From contig CM022673.1 in assembly GCA_012295275.1 (NCBI GenBank), forward strand, positions 11,284,001-11,348,000: a DNA stretch of 64,000 bases, given 5' to 3'. Positions within the stretch are counted from its first letter, which is position 1; the number at the start of each line of letters is the position of its first letter. The stretch is from Chrysomallon squamiferum (Eukaryota; Animalia; Mollusca). Of the stretch, positions 21,978 to 64,000 are shown in pieces. The translations under genes and the position numbers were made by a program. The notes beneath the pieces are model-generated. The model searched no databases. It worked only from the letters and a program-made list of their open reading frames with translations, and was not told where the DNA came from.

Positions 21978-23529
21978 ACATATGCGTTTCCATAGACATA
22001 TTATAAATTTTACGATGTTTGTCTATTCAGTTCTTGGTAATCTTTTCGCTAATGCTTGTCGCCATTTAGACTGCGTCAGAAAATCAAATATGATCTGACA
22101 TCCAGTTCAGCTCGAATATCATTCAGGGCATGAGAGGGTACACAAATATAGAAGTCCCATTTATTTATTTTATTACAATTTCTTACAGCCGGGGAGGGGG
22201 GGTCCCCGCAAATGGGGAAACCTCTACAACCCGCCCCTGTATAATACACATACAAACGTAAAAACAAATATACTGAAAGTGAGAGAGAGAGAGAAAGATC
22301 TGTAACAGAGATTTATTAATCCTTGATTCGATTTCTGCATATTACAGCGTGACGATTGACTTATTAAATCTGACACGATAGATTAGATACTTAAATTTAC
22401 ACAGGTGTCATAAATACTAGATATATTTATTTAACATATTAATCTGTATATTACATGTACCAATCGGCTATTTCAGGTTAGCTATATTGTAATGTTCTCT
22501 TATTTAGCAGCTGTTTAGAACACTCTGTTATATATCAGTCATTTTGCATTTAATACTGATAGATAGAACCGATGGATTCAGATAATAACGTTCAGCTTGT
22601 TAAGACATTTCACATTTAGTATGGATGGATAATTTTTATTACTAAATAACGCTCATTGGTTATCGATATATTAATGGTTCCCTGAACAAAAAAAAAAAAA
22701 TATACCACCACCAACAAAAAATAATAATAGTAGTAGTAGTAGCAATGATGGTAGTCATAGTAGTGGTAGTAGTAGTAACTATAGTAGCTGTAGTAGCAGT
22801 AGTAGTAGTAGTAGTAGTATAGTAGTAGCAGATTTGGACTATAATGACGTCAATACTTTTAAATATTTTTTATGAACCACGCCTCATGCATTATTAATAT
22901 CGCCTCTTTCAATTTCCATCCCTAAACAATAATGAAAAAAAAAAAAAAAAAAAAAGGTTTTCCTGTCCCACCCGTTTGACATTAGCGGGCGTATTCATAC
23001 TGCACACTGATCTGCGACAATAGAAACGAAAAGAAAACTGAGAACGCATTCTTCACCTTTATAAATTTACCAGTTCGTCGAAGAACTGAATCTTTGATTG
23101 TAATAATTATACGTTGTTTTCAAAATATTGAATTTGCTCGGTTTGGTATTTTCGATTTTAACTCCACAGCGGTATAATTGTATCAGGGAATCGTGATTTC
23201 CGAGTGGTAAGTACCAGTCGTTTCATTACAGCACGTCTTGGCATTTTTACTGCTGCTCGTTCGCCAAAGTGTGTTATTACTGTGAATTCAATTATATTTG
23301 AAAACCCCCGCAGTATGCATACAAACAAGATCTGACGCACACTGACTCATCCGAAAGAAATGGAAATTTGAATAATGAATTCTTCAAAAAGTATAAGTGA
23401 TCGTTGCTGTGGTCGTTGTTTGTTGATGTTGATGTCGTTAGTTATCTCTTACCTGCTTTCCAGCTCTTTCTCTTATCTCTATCGCTTTCTCATTCGTTTG
23501 CTGTGTCTGTCTGTCTGTCTGTCTTCTGT

Positions 23530-23576
<47 letters not shown>

Positions 23577-23791
23577 GCTCTGTTTTTCTCATTCACTCTC
23601 GCTCTCTCTCTTTCTTTCTCCCTCTCTGTTAGTATTCTCCTTTTTCTTCAATTTTACCATCTGCACATCATTTTTGTTCTGACTCTGATTCCGACTCTCA
23701 TTTAAACAAATAAGAAATTAATGGTCCAGTATTACGTGGTTTGAATCAATTTATCAAATGTTTTCATCATCATCATCATCATTCATCATCA

Positions 23792-23844
<53 letters not shown>

Positions 23845-24319
23845 GTTGTTGTTGTTGTTGTTGTTGTTGATTGTGAAGGTGATGATATAGTATCGATATA
23901 TAAATACAAGCAGAAGGGAATTAAACTGAAATGGCAAAAAATAAAACAATATATCAAATATCTAAAGAAGCATTAACCTCCCGCACGGGACTTCCAATAT
24001 ATATATATTTAATGTTACAAATCGAAAAGAAAAATAATTCTTATTAAAATTCCTTAGCCTGTGCAATTTAATACTAGGTTTTATTTGAGGATTTTCTTTT
24101 TTAAATTGCTGAATGTTGACAAATTCGAATGAAGCAAATCAGAATAATCTTCTTTGGAACTGTCATTCATCTTTCAGTTTTATTTAATATACGCAGTTAA
24201 AAATTTAATTTATAAACAATGAAAAGTGGAAAATGTTAAGGCTGGACTAATATGAAGTAATTGCGGACAAAGATCGCTCCTCGCCAACGGCACACTTTAC
24301 TATTTCACATTCTAACCAC

Positions 24320-24428
<109 letters not shown>

Positions 24429-25701
24429 AAACTGCACATATAAAACATGCACACACACATATATAAATCGAAACAGAGTGAAAAAAATAAAATAAACAAA
24501 GTATGGAGATTCAAATGAATTTAACTAAACAAAGATGTTTATTATTTAATTCATTTATATTTATCTTCAGTAAAATAATTAAAAATCAACAACAACAACA
24601 ACAACAATAATAATAATGATGATGATCATTGAGGTAGTAAATAAGTTGATGATGATATAGTAACGAAAAAGAAAATAACAATAAAATAACAATAAGTAAT
24701 AATACTAAGAATAATAATAAGAAGAAAAACAACAACAATAATAATAGTGTACAAGTAAAAATAATAGTAGTTGTAGTAGTAATAATAGTAGCAGTAGCAG
24801 TAGTAGTAGTAGTAGAGTAGTAGTAGTAGTAATAGTAATAGTAGTAGTAGTAGTAGTAGCAGCAGTAGCAGTAGTAGTTAGTTTTATTTCTTACCTAATC
24901 TGTTTCCAGAAAGTTTCAAACTGTAACTGAATATATTTATTTTGAAAAAATCACGAAATCACAAGAGCAGTTATCAAGTCTGGCGGATCAGACATGCACG
25001 TGTGACATGCTTAAAAATTTCATTCTGGAACTTTAATCTTTTGATTTAAGCCTCGTAGATTAATTCTAATACACCATGCACGATTTTGGATCAGGTATGC
25101 ACACGCGTGACTGGACAAAGGTCACTTCTCTGCAGTTTTGTCAAGGATTTAAATCCTGAGTCATCTCCCCTGCAGATTGAAGATTATCAGTCAATATAAC
25201 ACATATACAAGATTAATTACAAACGCACGCGCGTGTCCTTTTGAAACAATTTCTGTCTCTTATCCAGGATTATCAGACTTTTATATATATATATATTCCA
25301 CTGCCTTGTCGTATATGTCATTCAATGGAAATCGTAGGAGAATAAAAACAAACACTACACAACTCACAACATGTAATATATACGTAGGCACGTGACAGCC
25401 TAAAAAGCACCTTTCTCCTTCTAGGAATTTTAATCCTTTGAACAGCGTGAATCACTAAATGTTAACCAAACACACACGAGACAAAAAGACGCATCCACTG
25501 CAGCCAATCAGAGAATCCACTGTCTCATTCTTCTAGGAATTTTAACCTTTTCAATCCGGAGCATTACTGGCTACATCCAGTGAATTACGTACGTTAATCT
25601 AAGACGCACGAATCAGTAGAAGTCACTGGCTAACCCAGTCAGAGAATAACCTCTGTATTTTCTCCTCGGAATTTTAACCCTTTGAACGCAGAATTCCATA
25701 T

Positions 25702-25957
25702 GTAACTCGCCACGTCTAGTGAAACACGTACGTTACTCGTCACGTTTAGTGAAACACGTACGTCACTCGTCACGTCTAGTGAAACACGTACGTTACTCGC
25801 CACGTCTAGTGAAACACGTACGTTACTCGCCACATCTAGTTAAACACGTACGTCACTCGCCACATTTTGTGAAACACGTACGTTACTCGCCGCATCTAGT
25901 GAAAAACATACGTTACTCGCGGCATCTAGTGAAACACGTACGTTACTCGCTGCATCT
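25702..25957. repeat. 30-bp CpG-rich minisatellite (gttactcgccacgtctagtgaaacacgtac), about 8.5 copies
   Basis: Exact 30-nt periodicity. Confidence 0.95.
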
Positions 25958-28134
25958 TAATGGTATATATGCCTTAATCTACCACACAGAGAAAAAACTT
26001 AGCCGCTACGCCCAGTAAACGTAACACTGTGTTTACATCTCGCCTGGGTGCGAGTATTGACAGATTTCTTCTGGTGATTGACACTTCTTTTATGAAGTGA
26101 AAACTGCCGCAAGGGACTTAAGACTGCTCGTTTTGAAAGGCAAGACAAAACACCGCTAGCTCTTTTACACGAGTCGCTGGCGGTGTCGCAATGAGTTCTG
26201 GACGAATTTCAACACGAGAAAACGAAACTGAACATTTCAAATGAACGTTTGAAAGGCCAGTTTTTATAAAAACTCACAAAGTTACGGTGAATTGTTATTG
26301 ATCTCTGCGACACACACTGTAATAGTAAATGTTTATCAGTAACTACACAGAGATAGAGTTATATAGTATGTTTTTTTTTTTTTTTTTTTCAGTTAGCTAT
26401 ATAAAGGCGACGTCACACAAAACAAATTCCTTGTAACAGAATAGCCAGTCTCACTGCAAGTGGTGAAACTGTGATTTGTTTTTGTTACCTGAGAGTATAG
26501 TTTATGAGACTGTTGTACAAAATAAAAATTTGTAACTGGCTGTAAATTCTAAACTGTTTGAAAGTTTGATGACACGGTCCAGTCAGAATCTAGTTTGGAT
26601 TACCTCGATCTCAGTTACTGTTATATCGTTAATTTTCACTCATTTTACGAAACCAGTAAAAATAGTGTATAATTTTGGAGCTGACGTCACTTTTAATGGT
26701 TTTTATTATTATTATTATTATTATTATTTATATCTTGAGATGACCTAATAAAGCTGTAGTTAATTTTCAATGATTTGGTAAATATTCATCGATTAAGAGA
26801 GATTAATTATAAGTGACTACTTAATTAATTTTCAACGATTTAAATTCAGTGACAATGCACTTTTTTTTTTTTTTTTTTTTTTTTTTTTGACAACATTTTT
26901 CTAAACCACTACCACTGCCAGTGTTAGCAAACTTGAACAAGAAAATAAAACACAATTCCTTGTTCCACGCTTCGTTAAACCTTTCGACAATATCGATGTT
27001 TCATTCCACCACTTCCGGTAATTTCCTTAACGATATAGAAATGGCAACTGTCAATAATTATATCATCGATTCAGTCAAATCTCGGCGTTAGGTAACTGGT
27101 TAAGTAACTTTTTGCTCTGAAGCATTATTTTTTTTTTTTCCTCTTTTTGCCAATCGATCCGGGAAAAAGCTGCAATCTTTTTATCTTCGTGACAAACAAA
27201 AGCGATACATTTAGTTGTCGATAAATGCGGTGAAAATAGGATCATTAAATATTAAAATAGTTGTGTAACATGTTGCGTAATGAAGCAATACAGAATAGCC
27301 AAACGTTCGTGCCGCTGTGGATAAATACATATGAAATGAATGAGTGCTTTGGTATTCTTAATTATTAAAATAAGGGCAAAAATTGACGGGTTTAAATTCA
27401 AGAAGTGAAAAATCTTAGAGAAAACGTCAGACTTTTATAGAAATATAACAAATTTAAATCTAGACCAGTCTTTATTTAATTTGCACAAGCACATTAGTAT
27501 ATTTAATTTTTAAAAAGGTAAAAGTGTAAAAATAGTAATAATAGTGTAGTTATTGATGTCATCATCATCATCATCATGCACACGTACAGACACACAAACA
27601 CACACATACATATTTTACTGAATTCAGCGAACTTTAGATTGTGTTTTCTTTTGATACAAATAGCAGAAAGATTATATATATATATATATATATATAATGA
27701 TAATACATACATGATAATCCAGGGAACAATGCTGAGGTTATTTTCATTTTCCGTTTTATGCAAGATGAGCAGACAACTGTGAGAATAAAACTCTGACGGT
27801 ATGAAAACTGGAGAAAGTAATAGACTCACTGAACCTGTCTGTCACATGCAAATCTAGAAATTTATAGTTGTTCTGAAATTTTAGTCATAAACAGATATTC
27901 TAATGTTCTTAATAGAAATATGATCCTCTTGAAAATCCAAAACATACATTACACAATCCGTTTATCGAAAATTGTTTTAATCAGGATAATATGACATAAC
28001 AGGTACATTTTTTCTTAGTCGAATTGTAACTTGTTAAAAGCTGTAGAAGTAATAGTGGTATAATGGTTGCAGTAATAATATTAGCATTAGCAGTAGCAGC
28101 AGTAGTAACAGTAATAGTAGTAATATCAGTAGTA

Positions 28135-28215
28135 GTATGTGTGTGTATGTGTATGTGTAGATATGTATGTATAAGTGTATATGTTTCTGTGTGTGGGTGT
28201 GTATATATATATATG

Positions 28216-28255
<40 letters not shown>

Positions 28256-28275
28256 CATATATATATATATATATG

Positions 28276-28307
<32 letters not shown>

Positions 28308-28378
28308 CATATATACACACACACACAACACAAATATATATATATACATAGACTTATACATGTGTGTATGTATGGTAT

Positions 28379-28444
<66 letters not shown>

Positions 28445-28510
28445 CTATATATAGATATAGATAGATAGATAGACATATATACACACACACACACACACAT
28501 ACATATATAT
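28135..28510. repeat. Compound (TG)/(TA)/(CT)/(GATA)/(CA) microsatellite cluster
   Basis: Direct reading. Confidence 0.93.
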
Positions 28511-29552
28511 AATTACACCACCTTTGATATGATTCTACCAGTATAAACTCATCTAAGCTGTTATTGTTAACACGTACAATAAAGTAACGGACCCGTGCAC
28601 AATATCTCTATTTTATTATCAGGCAGATAATTAAGTCCACAAGGCGTGTTATTAATATGTTTTCAACAGCAGTGAGAAGCGAAATGAACTTTCGCGTTCC
28701 CGCATTCATACTTAAATAAACACATTAACAAGAGAACGAAGAACCTTCGTCTTATAAAGTAATATCCACCGACTACATAAATATCGGTGGGGGATATGGA
28801 GGGTGGTGGTGGAGGAGCGCAGTGCCTCTTAAGTATTATAACATAATCCTGATTTAAATGTCAGAAATTGTTGTTTTTTTTGTCTAACGTTAAATATCAT
28901 TGCAAAAATTTTGAATGACGAGTCGATTTTATATATTATAATTCAAAATAAATATTTCTCCTTTTAACTAGTGTCGATATAAAGACACCCCTCTGGAAAC
29001 ACATCAAGATCCACCGCTGTTAAAACAAATTGTTTTTTTTTCATCGTTTATCATTTATTCGTATCACATATTTATGTTGTATATTACCCATTTTTCTTTC
29101 TTTGAAATATTTTTTTTTTAAATAAAAGGACATAAAATAAAATAAATATTCATGTATGCTAAATAAAAACGAATAAATTAAATGTGTTATTTTATACCCA
29201 GTATTAATTTACGAAAAAACAGTTATTATTTATTTATTTGTAAATTATGTTGAAATTAAACTCACATCTTAAATTTTTTTTTTTTTATTAAGATTACTAT
29301 TAATTGTGTTTGTATAAGTTTATTAAAGTCAAATAACTCGAAATGGTTAATTTTTAATATCACGGAGACGAGTTATTTCGTTATAGACTTTTCGTGATAA
29401 TATTTTATTACTACTAATAAAGAATGAAATAACGTATTAAGTTTGCTAGACAGTTTCGAAGTACAGCACATTATAATGTTAACTGTTTTTAGATACTACA
29501 TATATCTTTTGAGACTGATTTTTATTTAATTTTAATTTTAATTTAATATATT

Positions 29553-29653
<101 letters not shown>

Positions 29654-30330
29654 AAAAAAACAAACATTGCCATATATATATCCATCCCATTGGCTACTCT
29701 TACGTAGGGAAAGCAAAATAGTTTTGACATTAACCTCCCCAAGAACTGCAAAACAGTTAACACAATACGTAAACCAATCGAGAGCCGCACTGAACAAAAC
29801 AGGCAATATCTATCTAGCTGATAAAACGTACATAGGATGAAAAGGAGACGGACAAACTCTGGTTTAAAAACAAGACAATCAGCTACGTAACAAATGATCT
29901 CGACGGCTTACGCAGACACGCGTTGTCAGTTCTGAGTGGCGGACGACGTCAAGGTGCTGCACAGAAAGCCTGCTTGTTTCATATTGGCTGTTTCAAGTGC
30001 GTGCTTCGACACTTTGTGTTAGATAACCAAAACACTCGCTCAAAGAACAATAATAACTTCCATGATGCACGAAGAACCAGTAGCATTTCTGTGTTTTTTA
30101 TCCGTTTCCGTGCTGGAAAACAAAAAAACAACAAAATAATAATAATTTGAGAGATGTGTATGAGTGTTGTATGAAGAATGAATGAATAACTAAAACAAAC
30201 ACTCGGGATTAGACAAATGCATCTGCTTCCATTTCATATTTCACCGTGATCGATGTTTATTATTATCATTTTCTCTCTCACACACACACAAAAACATGAA
30301 CATGTACGCGCATTCACAAAAATGCACACA

Positions 30331-30413
30331 TTCTCTAATTAAATATTTAGTAATTTACAGTAATATAAACGTTTTCTTTACTTTTCAGAACAGCCTTGTT
30401 CATCTCTCTTTTT
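30331..30413 (+). repeat. Dispersed repeat, copy 1 (pairs with 50288-50368)
   Basis: taaatatttagtaatttaca...cttttcagaacag(c/t)cttgttcatctctc is shared between the copies. Confidence 0.85.
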
Positions 30414-30440
30414 CTTCTTCTTCTTCTTTTTCTTCTTTCT

Positions 30441-30521
<81 letters not shown>

Positions 30522-32249
30522 TTTCTGCTGTTTGTTTGTTTTCATTACTCTGAAACATTTTATCTTTAAAGCTACATTATAAACTCCTAAAACAGTTACC
30601 AAACAAATCAACTCATACTACACGTATTAATATACAGTGACATACACCCATACACACAGAAACATATAAAAACGCGCAAACGAAAATATGAAAATTCAAA
30701 TTCATCAAAATACATAAATATATAATGTATTGCTACTACTACTAGCACTACTATTGTTGTTGTACCAATAACGACAGTTGGCAACTCAGTCTGATTTAAT
30801 AATTTGCTTTAGGAACCAATTACCTTTCTTTAACGGGAGATAACTCTTATTTCATTTATCGCTGATAAATGAAGCCTTCAGAGTTGTCGCAACGTACATC
30901 GGTGTTCTTTTGTGAGAGAACGAGAAGTTTGAAAAAAAAAAAAATAATAATAATAATATCGGAATCAGTTCTATGATGGCAGCATATAATAGCCCAAATA
31001 TACCCCAGCTTTTGCGTTATTATTAGTTTTAATATTTAGATAAACGGTCTATGATAAACCAATCACTTACTGGGTCTCTTAAATAATATCTACAACTTTA
31101 CATAAATTCAAAATATAACATTGTAAAATACTACAAGTAAAGTGACATTTACATAAGTCTGATATAATATCTGTACAGCACAATAGTATCACCTGTACGA
31201 ATTTATACTAGCATCTTCGTGAATTTGAAATAACATCATTATCAGTCCGAAATAATATCTACGAATCTAAAATATTATTATAGATACTATCTATCAAAAG
31301 TGAGTTCAAAACAGTACACATGAACTTGTATGTGAATAAAAAACAATTTCTACAGCTGTCTAACTACAGAATTTGATCTAAAAGAAAGTAACGTCAGAAA
31401 GTAAATTTCTATTGAAATTTATATAACCACTGTGAATCCTAGAATGTGTTTTTACTGGTATCTGTGTAAGTCTAACACTTGAAACTATGAATCTAAAACA
31501 GTTCCAACTAACTCTGAAAATAATATCAATGTGTGTCTGAACAGAACAGATATATATTTATATATATATTTATTCCTGCGATAAAAGTAAAAATGTTTTA
31601 GATTTACTCCATATTTGGGAGATAAACAAGAAAATAATATTTCTTTGATTATTATTTGATCTTATTATCAAACTCGCTAAATATCATATTTATTTACAGA
31701 CCTTTCTGTGTTTAAGTTTGTAAAAAGAAAATATAATAATAAAAAAATAAAAAAATAAAAAGGAAAAGAAAATTAAAATCCATTCCGATGGTACCAATAT
31801 TCTAAACCTCTAAATATGAAAACGCCATACTTTATTAACATGTTCACAGACTTTTGTATAATCACAGAAGGTTTGAAAAACTAAAAACAAAAGATACGAA
31901 AAGTTATTTTGTCGAGTCAAGTTTAAAACATACATCTAGAGGAGTGTTTGAGTTAGTCATAAAGTCTCCACTCATTCACACATCACCGAAGGACGCCAGT
32001 GAAGATATCAGTGTTTGGTACATACAATAAAAATATCTTGTTACTTGTCAAGGCGCCACGATTACACGTATTCTTATCTCAGTTTTAATGGATTTTCAAA
32101 TTGCTTCCATTGCGTCATAAGCCAGACTTTATCTCCGGTAGCTAAATTAAACACTGAAGTTTCGGACCGAAGACGCTAAAATAAAGTACTATATGAAAAA
32201 AAAAAAAAACCCAAAACTGAAGAAAAAACAAAACAACTTATTATAATAA

Positions 32250-32700
32250 TCAAACTTGATCACGTCACTTTAAAATTTTATTATGCTGGAAGTTTTTTTT
32301 TTTTCAGTCAGGTGGCCGAGATCTGAGAGCGACACACTACAACAAAACGCTACACGTTTCTGATACTACACGCGGACTACAACGACAAATGCTTATCATT
32401 CGGATCAGCCATCAAAATAAGGCGTGTCACGTGATCATCCACCAATGAAAGCGGGTAGCTGGGTAGAGTTTCATAAGCAAAGTCTTTCTGACAGTGTATC
32501 AATTTACGACTGATTTCACTATGTTTGTTTCGGCAGATAACGCGCAGACTGCCTGTTCTTCCTCTGTTTGGATTACCCTGTAACGTCCACGACCGAAACA
32601 AGAATCTGACGTTACGTAACAGCTGTGTCGTCTGCCCGCTGTCGTCTGCTTGGACATTTCTGTCAGTGTTACAAAGCTTCCTATTCGGAACGATATCTTT
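32250..32700 (+). promoter_or_regulatory. Probable RFX6 promoter / CpG-rich 5' region
   Basis: Local CpG/GC enrichment, E-box GTCACGTGAT at 32426-32435, CCAAT at 32442-32446 and TGACGT half-sites, upstream of the first coding exon. Confidence 0.5.
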
Positions 32701-33008
32701 TCGCGACAAAAACTCTTGTCTCTTCTGTTTCTTCTTCTTCTTCTTCTTCTTCATCTCTGCGAGTGTCCAGGCATCGTCCACTCCGCCAGCAAGGAACAGG
32801 AACTTCCTGGATGTTCTCCGCCGGACAGAACATCCCTGTAACGGATGAGATGAATTATCTACATGCATCTGACAACTGCTGATTCACAGCCGCTGAATAT
32901 TCAAGGACAACTTTCATGGACAGACTTGCCCGGCTCGAGGATAGCTTTCATGGACAGACATATCGGATAATTTGAATTAACCAATTTATATATAAATATA
33001 GTTACACC

Positions 33009-33300
33009 CATTGAAGGTTCGAGCACGCCTGTTCTGTACACATTCTCTGATTAATCCCGGCCGTTTCATCATTCCTTAACGGATGTTAGTGTCACCGATT
33101 TTAAATTTGCTGAATTGTTTTCATTGAAGGTTCAGCCATGCCTTTCCTGGACACACTATTCAAGTAATTTTGGTTCTCTGAGCATTTCTTTAGGGGCCAT
33201 TTTAATTATTACTGATTAATATTTTTATTTTAATGTGAATTATATCCACTGAAGGTTCAATCACGGCTCTTCTATGCGAATTCTATGAGAATTCTCGAGT
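33009..33300 (+). repeat. Three diverged units of about 115-125 bp, each starting CA(T/C)TGAAGGTTC, just upstream of the RFX6 ATG
   Basis: Motif at 33009, 33122 and 33247 with similar downstream sequence. Confidence 0.75.
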
Positions 33301-33327
33301 GAGTTGATATCTTACTAGATTCTCCAG

Positions 33328-63681
<30,354 letters not shown>

Positions 63682-63702
63682 GTAATCTCATATTTTGTTG
63701 AT

Positions 63703-63738
<36 letters not shown>

Positions 63739-64000
63739 TACGATGATAATTATTACTATGATGTTGACATTAAGTTTCAGTTATTACCACGAAATGATGG
63801 TCAAATGATGACTGTCCACAAAGAATATTAATGCTAATAATGATATATTGACAGTGATAATGACGACGATGATGATGATGTTGACGAGACAACGACAGTA
63901 AAAAATAGACTGTTTTCTTTTGATTTATTTGTTTGTTTGTTTGTTTCTATTTGCTTGCTTGCTAGCTAGATTGGTGTTGTTTTCTTGTGCTTTTATTTCT

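Noticed and set aside
25639-26018. 10-aa repeat ORFs and a CRISPR-like look of the 30-bp array
   Set aside because: Head-to-tail units with no unique spacers, no cas genes, eukaryotic context; the ORFs follow from a period divisible by 3.
27981-28496. Cluster of 66-171-aa ORFs
   Set aside because: Dinucleotide microsatellite translations (YIYI, ERER, SLSL).
32377-32882. 163-aa minus-strand ORF and overlapping plus-strand ORFs
   Set aside because: Chance ORFs in a GC-raised promoter/leader containing a (CTT)n tract; no recognisable protein features.

Overview
Very AT-rich, microsatellite-dense animal genomic DNA with GT-AG introns. An invertebrate is likely, and the repeat style suggests a mollusc/gastropod (inference only). 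Three protein-coding units are supported. (1) The 3' part of a kinesin-4 gene of the KIF7/KIF27 (Costal2) family on +: 19 phase-checked exons from 2871 to the stop at 14615, two more candidate exons at 883 and 1419, and probably a 3' UTR of about 4.6 kb ending near 19.2 kb. (2) An uncharacterised 238-aa gene on - (20318-21034), convergent with the kinesin, with one coding exon and a likely non-coding first exon. (3) The 5' part of an RFX6 winged-helix transcription factor gene on +: 11 coding exons from 33328 to 63681, continuing past the window, with large CpG-retaining introns. Most ORFs in the supplied track are microsatellite artefacts. No rRNA, tRNA, CRISPR array or autonomous transposon was seen. 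The most unusual signal is a recurring architecture in which introns contain degenerate tandem copies of the adjacent exon edge plus its splice site ('exon-edge echoes'); in one case the copy differs from the exon almost only at silent positions. Also notable are a sharp CpG step at about 19.2 kb and a frame discontinuity near the kinesin C-terminus that implies coupled alternative splicing. All homology calls are from memory of the protein families; no database search was run.
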